Virus record (IMG/VR): IMGVR_UViG_3300029717_000016
Location: 1 to 47,742 of that record
DNA length: 47,742 nucleotides
Origin: a virus
Reading direction: 5' to 3' (one strand)
This document shows positions 7,334 through 15,176 of the stretch, in pieces. The notes under the pieces were generated by a model. It worked only from the letters and a program-made list of their open reading frames with translations, was not told the DNA's origin and made no database searches. Made by a program: the position numbers and the translations under genes. Within the stretch, counting starts at the first letter, position 1; each line of letters opens with the position of its first letter.

Positions 7334-7774
7334 TTACCTCTGAATCCATCCGGTTCCCGGGTGCATGATATCGAAGATGAGCCAGCCTACTAGGAAGATT
7401 ACCAGCACCGCAATGGAAATGCCCATAATCAGAATCACCCGCCGATTCTGGCGGTTGAGAATGCTGTAGTGCGTTTGCAGCTGCATGGTGTGCCGCCTGT
7501 AGTCCTCGCTCTGGCGGATGATCGTTGCCTGAAGATATTCCACATATTCCTCCATGGACTGGCCGGGGGCAGGTAGCACAGGGTGTTCCTCCGGGGTGTA
7601 CTGCACGGCGGCCTCAATGCTCTGCACAAGCCTTGCCGTCGGCTCCGTCGCACCATTCAGGGCGCGGCAGATCGTGGCCTTGGATACGCCGCAGGTTTCT
7701 GCCAACTCCTGCTGGGACATGCCCCGCTCCTTCCGCAGGGCTTCCAATTCTGATAAATGCTCGGAAATATTCAT
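7334..7774 (-). CDS. Membrane-anchored XRE-family HTH regulator
   Basis: 146 aa from ATG 7774 (GGAGGC RBS). HTH MSQQELAETCGVSKATICRALNG. C-terminal TM VILIMGISIAVLVIFLVGWLIF. Confidence 0.8.
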   Translation of the reverse strand: MNISEHLSELEALRKERGMSQQELAETCGVSKATICRALNGATEPTARLVQSIEAAVQYTPEEHPVLPAPGQSMEEYVEYLQATIIRQSEDYRRHTMQLQTHYSILNRQNRRVILIMGISIAVLVIFLVGWLIFDIMHPGTGWIQR

Positions 7775-7966
7775 AAAACCGCCTCCAAAAACGGAATGTT
7801 TCACATATGGAACGATTGTTGCGAAAATGGAACGGGAATTTCACATCTGGGGCTTTACGAAACGCCTGTGTGTGGTGTATGGTGGTATTGCAACCGGCAA
7901 GGGACACACGTCGTTACCGGCGGCAAGCCCCGTCACCTTGTGGCACGGGTGGCGGGGCGTATAGCC

Positions 7967-8389
7967 CTAACGAATACGTAATTCGCGGTGAAAGTATTGA
8001 AGGGAACTGCATGAACGGATCATGTCATAATGCTTGTTATCCGGATACTTCACGGCATTCCTGTACGCAATCAGGAATTTCCGCATTCCGTTTGTGATCA
8101 GCGCATCTTTCCCTTTCAATATATTGAATTCTTCCTGCTCGATGGTCGGTGTGCTTGAATTGATAAACCGCCATTCGGAGATGACGACGGCTTTTGAATA
8201 GTCCAGCCCAGCTTCGCCAACGGTAAAGAATGCCCACTTGTGGGGAATATGGTGGCGAAAAGGAATTGCGAATGTAACGCCGTCAACTTTAACCGCCAAA
8301 CAGACATACGGCCTTGTCTGCTTTATCAGAATCTCTTCACAGCCGTGATACCTTTCGTAGAAGACCGGGGACAGGGTGATCAGCTTCAT
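7967..8389 (-). CDS. Type III TA toxin-like protein (TenpN/AbiQ-like)
   Basis: 140 aa. FYERYHGCEEILIKQTRPYVCLAVKVDGVTFAIPFRHHIPH, GLDYSKAVVI, C-terminal SLQYFHREL. Preceded by repeat RNA plus terminator. Confidence 0.65.
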   Translation of the reverse strand: MKLITLSPVFYERYHGCEEILIKQTRPYVCLAVKVDGVTFAIPFRHHIPHKWAFFTVGEAGLDYSKAVVISEWRFINSSTPTIEQEEFNILKGKDALITNGMRKFLIAYRNAVKYPDNKHYDMIRSCSSLQYFHRELRIR

Positions 8390-8401
8390 CTATCTCTCTC
8401 C

Positions 8402-8435
8402 TAAAAAAGACGCCCCCTGTCGAAACAGAGGGCGT
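8402..8435 (-). terminator. Attenuator-type terminator between repeat RNA and toxin-2
   Basis: Minus strand: acgccctctg tttcga cagggggcgt cttttttag, then ggagagagataATG. Confidence 0.75.
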
Positions 8436-8442
8436 GAAAATC

Positions 8443-8542
8443 AATCGAGCTTTCTTTTGATTATGCTGCTCGCGCTCTACGAGCAAATCATCAATTGAGC
8501 TTTCTTTTTCCCGCAGAAGCCTCGCTCTAAGGCTTCATCATC
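8443..8542 (-). ncRNA. Candidate type III antitoxin RNA: 2 x 50-nt tandem repeats with covarying hairpin
   Basis: Units 8542-8493 and 8492-8443. Shared flanks and 7-nt loop tagagcg. Stems GAAGCCT/AGGCTTC versus TTGCTCG/CGAGCAG differ in a compensatory way. Confidence 0.7.
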
Positions 8543-8562
8543 GTGGAATTATCCACACCCTC

Positions 8563-8591
8563 ATTATAAAGCCCGAATATTCAGTTGTCAA
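8563..8591 (-). promoter_or_regulatory. Consensus sigma-70-type promoter for repeat RNA/toxin-2
   Basis: Minus strand TTGACA-N17-TATAAT. Confidence 0.7.
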
Positions 8592-8790
8592 CCACTTTTA
8601 AAAATTTTTTTGAATCAGAATTCAATTGTCATCTTCATTCAAAATCATACCACGTTCGACATATAATTTCAACGAAAAGAAAAATTTTTGTGCATTTTTC
8701 TAATTAGTCCGGTTTATTGGACACATGACGTGCTATTATACGCTACGTAATCAAACAAACGTTTATAAATACATAACGGAGGGACAAAAC

Positions 8791-8940
8791 ATGCAAGCGA
8801 AAGAAGAAATTAAGAAGCCTATCGAAGAGATGACGGAGCAGGAATTAGACAGGGAGATCGGAGAACGCATCCAGCTGCTGACAGATGAAGAAAAGGTAAA
8901 GCTTGTGCGCCTCCTTCTCGAACTGGCAGCATCCGAATGA
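8791..8940 (+). CDS. Small acidic hypothetical protein
   Basis: 49 aa from ATG 8791 (GGAGGG RBS). Longer track ORF trimmed. Confidence 0.5.
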   Translation: MQAKEEIKKPIEEMTEQELDREIGERIQLLTDEEKVKLVRLLLELAASE

Positions 8941-8959
8941 GCGTGTAACCGTTCAATGG

Positions 8960-9343
8960 TTATCTCCCCTCTGTAAGCCCTCTCAGCTGGGCAAGAATTA
9001 ACCGCTTGTGTTCTTCGGATAAACTCTTGACCAGCGCCATGATTTGACTATCCAATTCGGACAGCTCGCCGGAATCGGCGGGCTGTTCTTTTTCGTCGCG
9101 CTCTCTACGAACGTCGTATCCCATAAGCCACGTTTCGCTTACATTCAGTGCCAATCCGAGGATGGTCAACTTTTCCTGCCTCGGCTCAACCTTCCCGCTT
9201 ACGTACTGGCTGAGATCGTTTTTTGCCAACTTAACACCGTATTTCTCGCAAAAAGGTTTGGCAGCTTCAAGAATATCGACTTGTCGAAGCGACCTTTCAT
9301 TCATGATCTGCTTTAATCTTTCACTTGTGCTACTATTTTTCAT
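8960..9343 (-). CDS. cI-like XRE-family repressor
   Basis: 127 aa with N-terminal HTH. Divergent from the cro-like gene across an operator-rich region. Confidence 0.8.
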   Translation of the reverse strand: MKNSSTSERLKQIMNERSLRQVDILEAAKPFCEKYGVKLAKNDLSQYVSGKVEPRQEKLTILGLALNVSETWLMGYDVRRERDEKEQPADSGELSELDSQIMALVKSLSEEHKRLILAQLRGLTEGR

Positions 9344-9365
9344 TTGCTACACCTCCGGTAACTGA

Positions 9366-9394
9366 ATAATAGCACACATTGAACTAAAGCTCAA
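9366..9394 (-). promoter_or_regulatory. Candidate repressor promoter
   Basis: Minus strand TTGAGC-N17-TATTAT. The -35 overlaps a TTGAAC half-site. Confidence 0.5.
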
Positions 9395-9410
9395 GAGCCA
9401 AATAAAAATA

Positions 9411-9427
9411 ATTCAATTTTTTTGAAC
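9411..9427. promoter_or_regulatory. Operator-like palindrome ATTCAA-N5-TTGAAC
   Basis: 17-bp inverted repeat between the divergent promoters. Confidence 0.55.
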
Positions 9428-9434
9428 AAACTAG

Positions 9435-9463
9435 TTGACAAACGGGAAATTATGGTGTATACT
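9435..9463 (+). promoter_or_regulatory. Early rightward promoter
   Basis: TTGACA-N17-TATACT upstream of the cro-like gene. Confidence 0.7.
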
Positions 9464-9470
9464 TAAGCCA

Positions 9471-9487
9471 GTTCAAGAGAATTGAAC
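9471..9487. promoter_or_regulatory. Operator palindrome GTTCAA-N5-TTGAAC
   Basis: Perfect 17-bp inverted repeat just downstream of the -10. Confidence 0.65.
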
Positions 9488-9505
9488 CGAAAGTGAGGTG
9501 AGAAT

Positions 9506-9715
9506 ATGCCGTACAATTATTCCAAACTGCTAGGCCGCATTGTTGAAAAGGTTGGTACGCAGAGCAGGTTTGCCGAAAGAATGGAAATGTCCGAACGCAC
9601 CATTTCCTTAAAACTTAATGGAAAAGTTGGCTGGAAGCAGACTGAGATAGCAAAAGCCTGTAACGTTCTCGATATTCGGGACGTTGAGATTCCCAATTAT
9701 TTTTTTGCTTTATAA
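9506..9715 (+). CDS. Cro-like/DUF739-like HTH regulator
   Basis: 69 aa. QSRFAERMEMSERTISLKLNGK. GAGGTGAG RBS. Confidence 0.75.
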   Translation: MPYNYSKLLGRIVEKVGTQSRFAERMEMSERTISLKLNGKVGWKQTEIAKACNVLDIRDVEIPNYFFAL

Positions 9716-9732
9716 GTTCAAAGATATTGAAC
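9716..9732. promoter_or_regulatory. Third operator palindrome GTTCAA-N5-TTGAAC
   Basis: Perfect copy of the same motif immediately after the cro-like stop codon. Confidence 0.6.
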
Positions 9733-9770
9733 AATAGGCCGCACAAACAAGCCTAGAAGGGGGTGAAAAA

Positions 9771-9983
9771 ATGAAAAATTATCTATTCCCCAGAGGGTGT
9801 GATTCAGCACGTGTAATTCCCGTCATTGAAACACGGTCTGCGCGCGGGTCTGGTGCAGTGGATCAGCCGACACGGGTTGTCGTGGAATACTGGTCTTTGG
9901 CCGGGGAGAAGCTGGCAGAGCGCGATACCTATTTGCAGGGGATGGCTTCGGCTTCCTCGAAAGCAAGTTCCGATTCTACGTAA
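9771..9983 (+). CDS. Hypothetical small protein
   Basis: 70 aa with strong RBS (aagggggtgaaaaaATG). Its 3' end overlaps the convergent gene by 55 nt, so the end is uncertain. Confidence 0.45.
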   Translation: MKNYLFPRGCDSARVIPVIETRSARGSGAVDQPTRVVVEYWSLAGEKLAERDTYLQGMASASSKASSDST

Positions 9984-10636
9984 TTCAGCATGGCCTTTAT
10001 GAAGCGTTTCATATCTTCAATGCCGAGATCGTCGTGCTTTCTTACATAGTGCGTTTCGTCGTTTCCAATCCATGCCGACCGCTCAGCGAGAACCTTGAGC
10101 CTTTGGTCTTCCAGCTTTTTGATGCACGAACCGAGCGGCTCCGCGAGTATCTTATCGGTATTATCTGGATTCTTATGCCGCAAATAGTCCTTTACCAAAA
10201 ACTCCAGGGCTTTTCGATAGCCAACCCCGCAGATGCGATACAACCGTTGAGATTCGGCAATTTCCGCCTGCGCATAGGTCTCAACGAAGTCCGGTGAAAG
10301 CTGCTGCACGTCGCCTGAAAATTTGTTTATGTTAGGCGTGTAAGGAACAGAGTACGAGGCAGAATCGAAATCTGCAAAGCCAGGAACAGGGCGACTTGTA
10401 CTTTCCTGAAAAGCGCTTAAAAAGACCTGATTGCACCTTTTGCACAGGGAAAGAAGGTACAGCGTGCATTTCCCATCAGAAGGGCTGTCGGGCTGAACGT
10501 AGTAAGCGCATAATGCCTTCGGCTCAATCGCGAAATGGCATGACGGGCATTCGGTAACCTCCTGATACGTGCAGCGCAATAAATACGATTCGCCCGGATA
10601 CTCCGCGCTAGATGCTTTTATACTCTTTTTGCCCAT
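9929..10636 (-). CDS. Zinc-ribbon plus DUF4145-like domain protein
   Basis: 235 aa from ATG 10636 (AAAGAGGCGG RBS). CPSCHF...CKRCNQ. C-terminal YRKALEFLVKDYL...IGNDETHY...FIKAMLNYV pattern. Confidence 0.65.
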   Translation of the reverse strand: MGKKSIKASSAEYPGESYLLRCTYQEVTECPSCHFAIEPKALCAYYVQPDSPSDGKCTLYLLSLCKRCNQVFLSAFQESTSRPVPGFADFDSASYSVPYTPNINKFSGDVQQLSPDFVETYAQAEIAESQRLYRICGVGYRKALEFLVKDYLRHKNPDNTDKILAEPLGSCIKKLEDQRLKVLAERSAWIGNDETHYVRKHDDLGIEDMKRFIKAMLNYVESELAFEEAEAIPCK

Positions 10637-10746
10637 AAGACCGCCTCTTTCTGTTTTTTCTTCCAGAATAGCACAGCGAGGGGCAATATGCAATAAAAAA
10701 GACATGAATAAACGAATTACGGATTATATGAGAGGAGGTGCAGACA

Positions 10747-11037
10747 ATGCCAAGAATCCGGCAGTATGCCGACCGGTACACGGCAGAGGACTTCTGGAAG
10801 GAAATTAACCGCTGCTGCACCCTCGCGGGAATCCAGAGCGACAACGCCGCCGCTCTGGGGCGGGGAATCGGGGTGGATGGGCAAAACCTGCGGCACTACC
10901 GAAATGGAAAAACCGTTATGCCACTTGACGTCCTTCGGAAGCTGGTGACCACCCTCCACCCCAACCCGGCGGTGATCCTGAAAACCCTGGGGTACTCTGA
11001 TAAGGAGATACGGGCGTTTGCGAGGGAATGGCAGTGA
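10747..11037 (+). CDS. HTH-like early protein
   Basis: 96 aa from ATG 10747 (GAGGAGG RBS). Confidence 0.6.
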   Translation: MPRIRQYADRYTAEDFWKEINRCCTLAGIQSDNAAALGRGIGVDGQNLRHYRNGKTVMPLDVLRKLVTTLHPNPAVILKTLGYSDKEIRAFAREWQ

Positions 11038-11080
11038 TTTGAAATCTACGGCAGAATGCCGAAATTGAAAGGAGTTATTT

Positions 11081-11680
11081 ATGGCGAAATACAAGTGTGG
11101 GGATAAGGTGCGGATTGTGAGCAAGAGGACGCAGCAGTGCTGGAACCCTTATATGGACAAGTATCTGGGAAAGACCATGACGATCATAAAATCCGGAATC
11201 AACAATGAAGGAGTTTACTATTGCATGGAGGAGGATCTCGACGATTTTCTTGGGCATTGGTGCTGGTACGAAGACATGATCGCTGGCCTTGCGGAGCCTG
11301 AGCGGGAACCCTGCACCGTGGAACTCCGCTTTGACGGGATGATTACCACGGCCACGCTGAAACGTGGAGGACGGGACGTGAAGACCGCAGAAGCCCGGTG
11401 CAATCCGGAGGATACCTACAGCCGCGCGGAGGGCGCAAGGGTCGCCGTTGAGCGGCTGTTCGAGAAGAAGCGCAAGGAGGACAAGCCGGAAAAGTACACG
11501 CCCAAGGTTGGGGACAAGTTCAAGATTGTAAGGAAATCTCACTACCACGGGTTTAGCATCGGCGAAACCGTCAGACTTATTCGTATTTGCGAGCAAGGTA
11601 AACGTTACGAAAATTGCCGTGGCCTGGGTCAGTGGGTTTGTGATTCCGACGTCAAGCCCTATAAGGAGAACGCCAAATGA
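11081..11680 (+). CDS. Hypothetical protein (possible Gp49/Sf6 gp66-like central segment)
   Basis: 199 aa. AEARCNPEDTYSRAEGARVAVERL. GDKVRIV / GDKFKIV modules at both ends. Confidence 0.6.
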   Translation: MAKYKCGDKVRIVSKRTQQCWNPYMDKYLGKTMTIIKSGINNEGVYYCMEEDLDDFLGHWCWYEDMIAGLAEPEREPCTVELRFDGMITTATLKRGGRDVKTAEARCNPEDTYSRAEGARVAVERLFEKKRKEDKPEKYTPKVGDKFKIVRKSHYHGFSIGETVRLIRICEQGKRYENCRGLGQWVCDSDVKPYKENAK

Positions 11681-11853
11681 CACCCAACGAAACGACCCAG
11701 CTTCGCACCATGGCGGAAATGAACCGCCGGTTGCGCCGGGAAAATGAGCATCTGCGGGAATCCCTTTTCATGGAATCGAAGGAACGTAAGGCGTTTGACG
11801 ATGAGAACGTGGAGCTTTTCGACGTAGTTCACAAAAACCACGACAGGAGGTGA
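11677..11853 (+). CDS. Hypothetical 58-aa coiled-coil protein
   Basis: ATGA overlap with the previous gene. Below the track cutoff. Confidence 0.5.
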   Translation: MTPNETTQLRTMAEMNRRLRRENEHLRESLFMESKERKAFDDENVELFDVVHKNHDRR

Positions 11854-11858
11854 ACGAT

Positions 11859-12092
11859 ATGGCAAGCAGGAACAAGCCCGTGGATGCCCGGTGGGAGCCG
11901 GTGCCGGAGAACCGGAAGCCGTTCAATATCAAGGAATGCGTTTTCCGCGTCCTCCCATATGCGGGGCTGAATCTGGTGCTTTTCTGGTGGCAGCAGGCCG
12001 GTTTGCTGGCAGACAGGGCAGCAGTCCCCGCAATGTGGGTGTGCGCTATCCTGATGGGCGCCGGTATCGGACGGTGCATCAGAGGGAGATAA
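11859..12092 (+). CDS. Small membrane protein
   Basis: 77 aa from ATG 11859 (AGGAGG RBS) with two hydrophobic segments. Confidence 0.55.
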   Translation: MASRNKPVDARWEPVPENRKPFNIKECVFRVLPYAGLNLVLFWWQQAGLLADRAAVPAMWVCAILMGAGIGRCIRGR

Positions 12093-12186
12093 AAAGCCGC
12101 CCCCGATGTTACAGCACCGGGGACGGCAAGCGATATAAAAAATCTCTACCACTTACAGTATATCAAACTGAGAAAGGAAAGTCAAC

Positions 12187-12435
12187 ATGATTGAGTACAA
12201 GCTGGATGCCAAAAACAAATCCATATTTTCACATTCTCTCCGTATAGATGGAACCGTGAAAGACCTTGTTACGGAATCAGCGTTCCTTATCAACCGTGTT
12301 TATGCAGCTCTGCGGAAGAAAAACGAATCAGCCGCAGAAACGTACAGGGCACTGATGATTTATGACATACTCGGCGAAGATAGCCCGGTTTGGAAACCGC
12401 TTAGATCGGAGGGCGGCGACGATGGACATTCCTGA
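12187..12435 (+). CDS. Hypothetical protein
   Basis: 82-aa ORF with AAGGAAAG RBS. Confidence 0.55.
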   Translation: MIEYKLDAKNKSIFSHSLRIDGTVKDLVTESAFLINRVYAALRKKNESAAETYRALMIYDILGEDSPVWKPLRSEGGDDGHS

Positions 12436-12637
12436 ATGCTACGAACCGTGGCGGCAGGCTGAACAGTTGGCAGCGGATGCCGACTTTCGGGAAGCGGCAC
12501 TTCCGAAGTGTGCCAGGTGCGGATGTCCCATCACAGACAGCAAACTGGTATATATCCCGGCGCATGATGAGTTCTACTGCCTGGATTGCATCGATTCCAT
12601 GACGGAGTTCAACGAGGAAGCGGAGGTGGAGGAATAA
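12422..12637 (+). CDS. Small zinc-ribbon protein
   Basis: 71 aa from ATG 12422 (GGAGGG RBS). CARCGC...CLDC. Confidence 0.55.
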   Translation: MDIPECYEPWRQAEQLAADADFREAALPKCARCGCPITDSKLVYIPAHDEFYCLDCIDSMTEFNEEAEVEE

Positions 12638-13008
12638 TGGAGGACGGAATCGTCATCAGCGAATCAGAAAGATTCGAGGATATCTACATTAGGCCGTACA
12701 ATCGAGTCAATGTTCCGGCTGTCATTTTCCTGAATGGTAAGAGGCGCGTTGCCTACATTAACACTCTTGCTTCAAAGTTTTGGAACGGCGAAAACACTGT
12801 TGGGATAAAAGTAAGCAAGAACTACATCGTTTTTATTCCGCAAAAAATTGGTAGAACATTAAAAATCAACAAAGTTAGTACAGGATTTTATATCAGCGCA
12901 GGTAGCTTAGGCGGAATTGTTCCCCCCGGGGCAAAATACCGGGCATATCCGTACAAAGGCGGTATCGCTATAAAACGGTTTGAGCCGTTGCAGGAGGATG
13001 AAGAATGA
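12637..13008 (+). CDS. Hypothetical protein
   Basis: 123 aa. TAATG overlap with the previous gene. GGAGG RBS. Confidence 0.6.
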   Translation: MEDGIVISESERFEDIYIRPYNRVNVPAVIFLNGKRRVAYINTLASKFWNGENTVGIKVSKNYIVFIPQKIGRTLKINKVSTGFYISAGSLGGIVPPGAKYRAYPYKGGIAIKRFEPLQEDEE

Positions 13009-13023
13009 TGGAGGCGGTGAACT

Positions 13024-13254
13024 ATGGCGGATAAAAAAAGCTGCCTGTGGTACGAGAAGGCCACGGCAAGCATTTACTTCCCGGAGGGTCATGTATGCTG
13101 TGATTTGTGCCCGTGTATGGAAACATACGCCCGGAAGCAGTGCCGGTTGACCGGGGAGTATCTGCTGGATACAAGAGCAACAGTTGGGTATGAATGCCCG
13201 CTGGAATTTAAGGAGGAAGACAATGGCGAGAATGTTTCGGTTTCTGACCGCTGA
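13024..13254 (+). CDS. Cys-rich hypothetical protein
   Basis: 76 aa with GGAGG RBS. Confidence 0.5.
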   Translation: MADKKSCLWYEKATASIYFPEGHVCCDLCPCMETYARKQCRLTGEYLLDTRATVGYECPLEFKEEDNGENVSVSDR

Positions 13255-13762
13255 CGAGATTGAGGTCAAGGTCAAGCAGGTCAAGGAAAATGGTCTGGTG
13301 TGTCTGCTGTACAAGACGGCGAGGACGGATATGGACTTGCTGGACGAGACTGTAGGGGCGGGCAACTGGACGAACGACTACAAGGAGATCAAGGGCAATC
13401 TCTACGCCGGTATCGGGATTATCCAGGAAAACGGCGGCATCCAATGGAAATGGGACTGCGGTATCGAGAGCCGGGAGGACGAGGAAGGCAACCAGAAAAA
13501 GGGCGAGGCAAGCGACGCTTTCAAGCGTGCCGGGTTCCGCTGGGGCATCGGCAGGGAACTCTACACGTCCCCGTTTGTCTGGATTCCCAGCAATAAAGCA
13601 GAGATCAAAGCGTCTTCCTTCAACGGAAAGACCCGGTTCAACTGCTATGACAAGTTCAGCGTTGAGAAAATCGCCTATGACGAGAAGACCGGGCGGATCA
13701 CCGGACTTGCAATCCGCAACGATACAAAGAACCTTCGGGCGTTTGTGTGGCAGCAATCATGA
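13223..13762 (+). CDS. Rad52/Sak-type single-strand annealing protein
   Basis: 179 aa from ATG 13223 (AAGGAGG RBS). MFRFLTADEIEVKVKQV...ASDAFKRAGFRWGIGRELY. Confidence 0.75.
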   Translation: MARMFRFLTADEIEVKVKQVKENGLVCLLYKTARTDMDLLDETVGAGNWTNDYKEIKGNLYAGIGIIQENGGIQWKWDCGIESREDEEGNQKKGEASDAFKRAGFRWGIGRELYTSPFVWIPSNKAEIKASSFNGKTRFNCYDKFSVEKIAYDEKTGRITGLAIRNDTKNLRAFVWQQS

Positions 13763-14286
13763 CGGAGCTTACATTCACCGAGGCAAAGCTTGAGGGCGGC
13801 TGGCTGATGGTCAAGCCCTCCCGTTCTGAGTTGGGCAAGGCAATGGCCTTTATCCGAAAAATGAAGGCCACGCCCTACGATCTGGCCTTGAAAGAGCACC
13901 GGGAAAAGCGGAGCCTGGACGCAAACGCCTACGCCTGGGCGCTGATTCACAAGCTTGCCGCCGCTATGGGGATTCCTCCGGTTGAGGTCTACCGGAACGC
14001 CATTCGGGGCGTGGGAGACAATTACACGCCTATGTGCGTCCGGGAACAGGACGTGGAGCGCTTCACACGGAGCTGGCAGAAAAACGGCCTTGGATGGCTG
14101 GTGGACAGCCTGGGCGCGTCTCAGGTGCCTGGGTGCCGGAACCTGGCGGCATACCACGGTTCCAGTACCTACGACACCAAACAAATGGCTCGGCTGATCG
14201 ACAATCTGATACAGGACTGCAAGGCGCTGGACATTGAAACCCTGCCCCCGGACAAGCTGGAACTGCTGAAGGAGGAATGGCGTTGA
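13759..14286 (+). CDS. NinB/Orf-like recombination mediator
   Basis: 175 aa with ATGA overlap. EKRSLDANAYAWALIHKLA and SSTYDTKQMARLIDNLI resemble lambda NinB. Confidence 0.6.
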   Translation: MTELTFTEAKLEGGWLMVKPSRSELGKAMAFIRKMKATPYDLALKEHREKRSLDANAYAWALIHKLAAAMGIPPVEVYRNAIRGVGDNYTPMCVREQDVERFTRSWQKNGLGWLVDSLGASQVPGCRNLAAYHGSSTYDTKQMARLIDNLIQDCKALDIETLPPDKLELLKEEWR

Positions 14287-14612
14287 GGAAGGACACCAAA
14301 GCGAGGGATTTCACCCGGGGCGAGAAAATGGCGATTGCCGAGCGGGACAGCATTGACGGCTGGACGTGCTGTGTATTCTGCGGCGCTCCCGCCCCTGCCC
14401 CTCTGGCATGGAGCAACGCCCACTACATATCCCGGGCGCAGGGAGGGCTTGGCATTGCCCAGAACGGGCTTACCCTCTGCCCCAGATGTCACAACCGGTA
14501 CGATCAGACCACGGCAAGAATGGAAATGAGGGCGTATTTCCGGGAGTACCTGATGGGCATTTATCCCGGCTGGAACGAAAACGATCTGATTTACAGGAAG
14601 GAGAACACATGA
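14277..14612 (+). CDS. HNH endonuclease
   Basis: 111 aa. CVFCG...HYISRAQGG...NGLTLCPRCHNRYD. Confidence 0.75.
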   Translation: MALRKDTKARDFTRGEKMAIAERDSIDGWTCCVFCGAPAPAPLAWSNAHYISRAQGGLGIAQNGLTLCPRCHNRYDQTTARMEMRAYFREYLMGIYPGWNENDLIYRKENT

Positions 14613-15073
14613 ATAATTGTCAATTTGTCGGGCGGCTCACCGCCGACCCGGAGCTGAGAAGAACCCAGGAGGGGACGGCGGTTTGCTCCTACAGTCTCGC
14701 CGTCAAGCGTCCAATGACGAAGGATGCCACCGACTTTCTGGACTTCGTCACATGGCGGCAGGGCGCTGAGTACCTGACGCAGTACGGCCATAAGGGCGAC
14801 ATCGTAGCCGTTTCCGGAGCATTGCAAGCCAGGGACTGGACGGACAAGAACGGGAACAAGCGCCGGGCGTTTGAGATAGTGACCACAAGCGTTGAGCTGC
14901 TTTCCAGCAAGCGCAACTCTCAGGATACCACCAATAATACCGGAACGGCGCAAAACGCCGGATACGGGCAGCTCATCGCCCCACAGCGGACGAACCGGGG
15001 CAACGGGTACGGCCAGCAGGGATTTGGAGGATATCAGGAGATTACCGAAGACGACCCCGACTTGCCGTTCTAA
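14609..15073 (+). CDS. ssb: Single-stranded DNA-binding protein
   Basis: 154 aa. OB-fold N-terminus, G/Q-rich linker, acidic tail EDDPDLPF. Confidence 0.9.
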   Translation: MNNCQFVGRLTADPELRRTQEGTAVCSYSLAVKRPMTKDATDFLDFVTWRQGAEYLTQYGHKGDIVAVSGALQARDWTDKNGNKRRAFEIVTTSVELLSSKRNSQDTTNNTGTAQNAGYGQLIAPQRTNRGNGYGQQGFGGYQEITEDDPDLPF

Positions 15074-15176
15074 GCCGGAAAAAGTAATCTTTCCTCAAAA
15101 AGATTGACAGTATAGTTTGCATTTTCCCTTGACGGTGGGAGGTGAAACCGCCAACTCCAAAGGAAGGAGCGAAAAC

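Noticed and set aside
7100-8542. CRISPR interpretation of the 47-nt and 50-nt repeats (and of the GCGACTWT boxes at 24690-24817)
   Set aside because: Only two contiguous units are present, with no spacers and no cas genes. The 8-bp boxes are far too short. The architecture fits type III antitoxin RNAs and protein-binding arrays.
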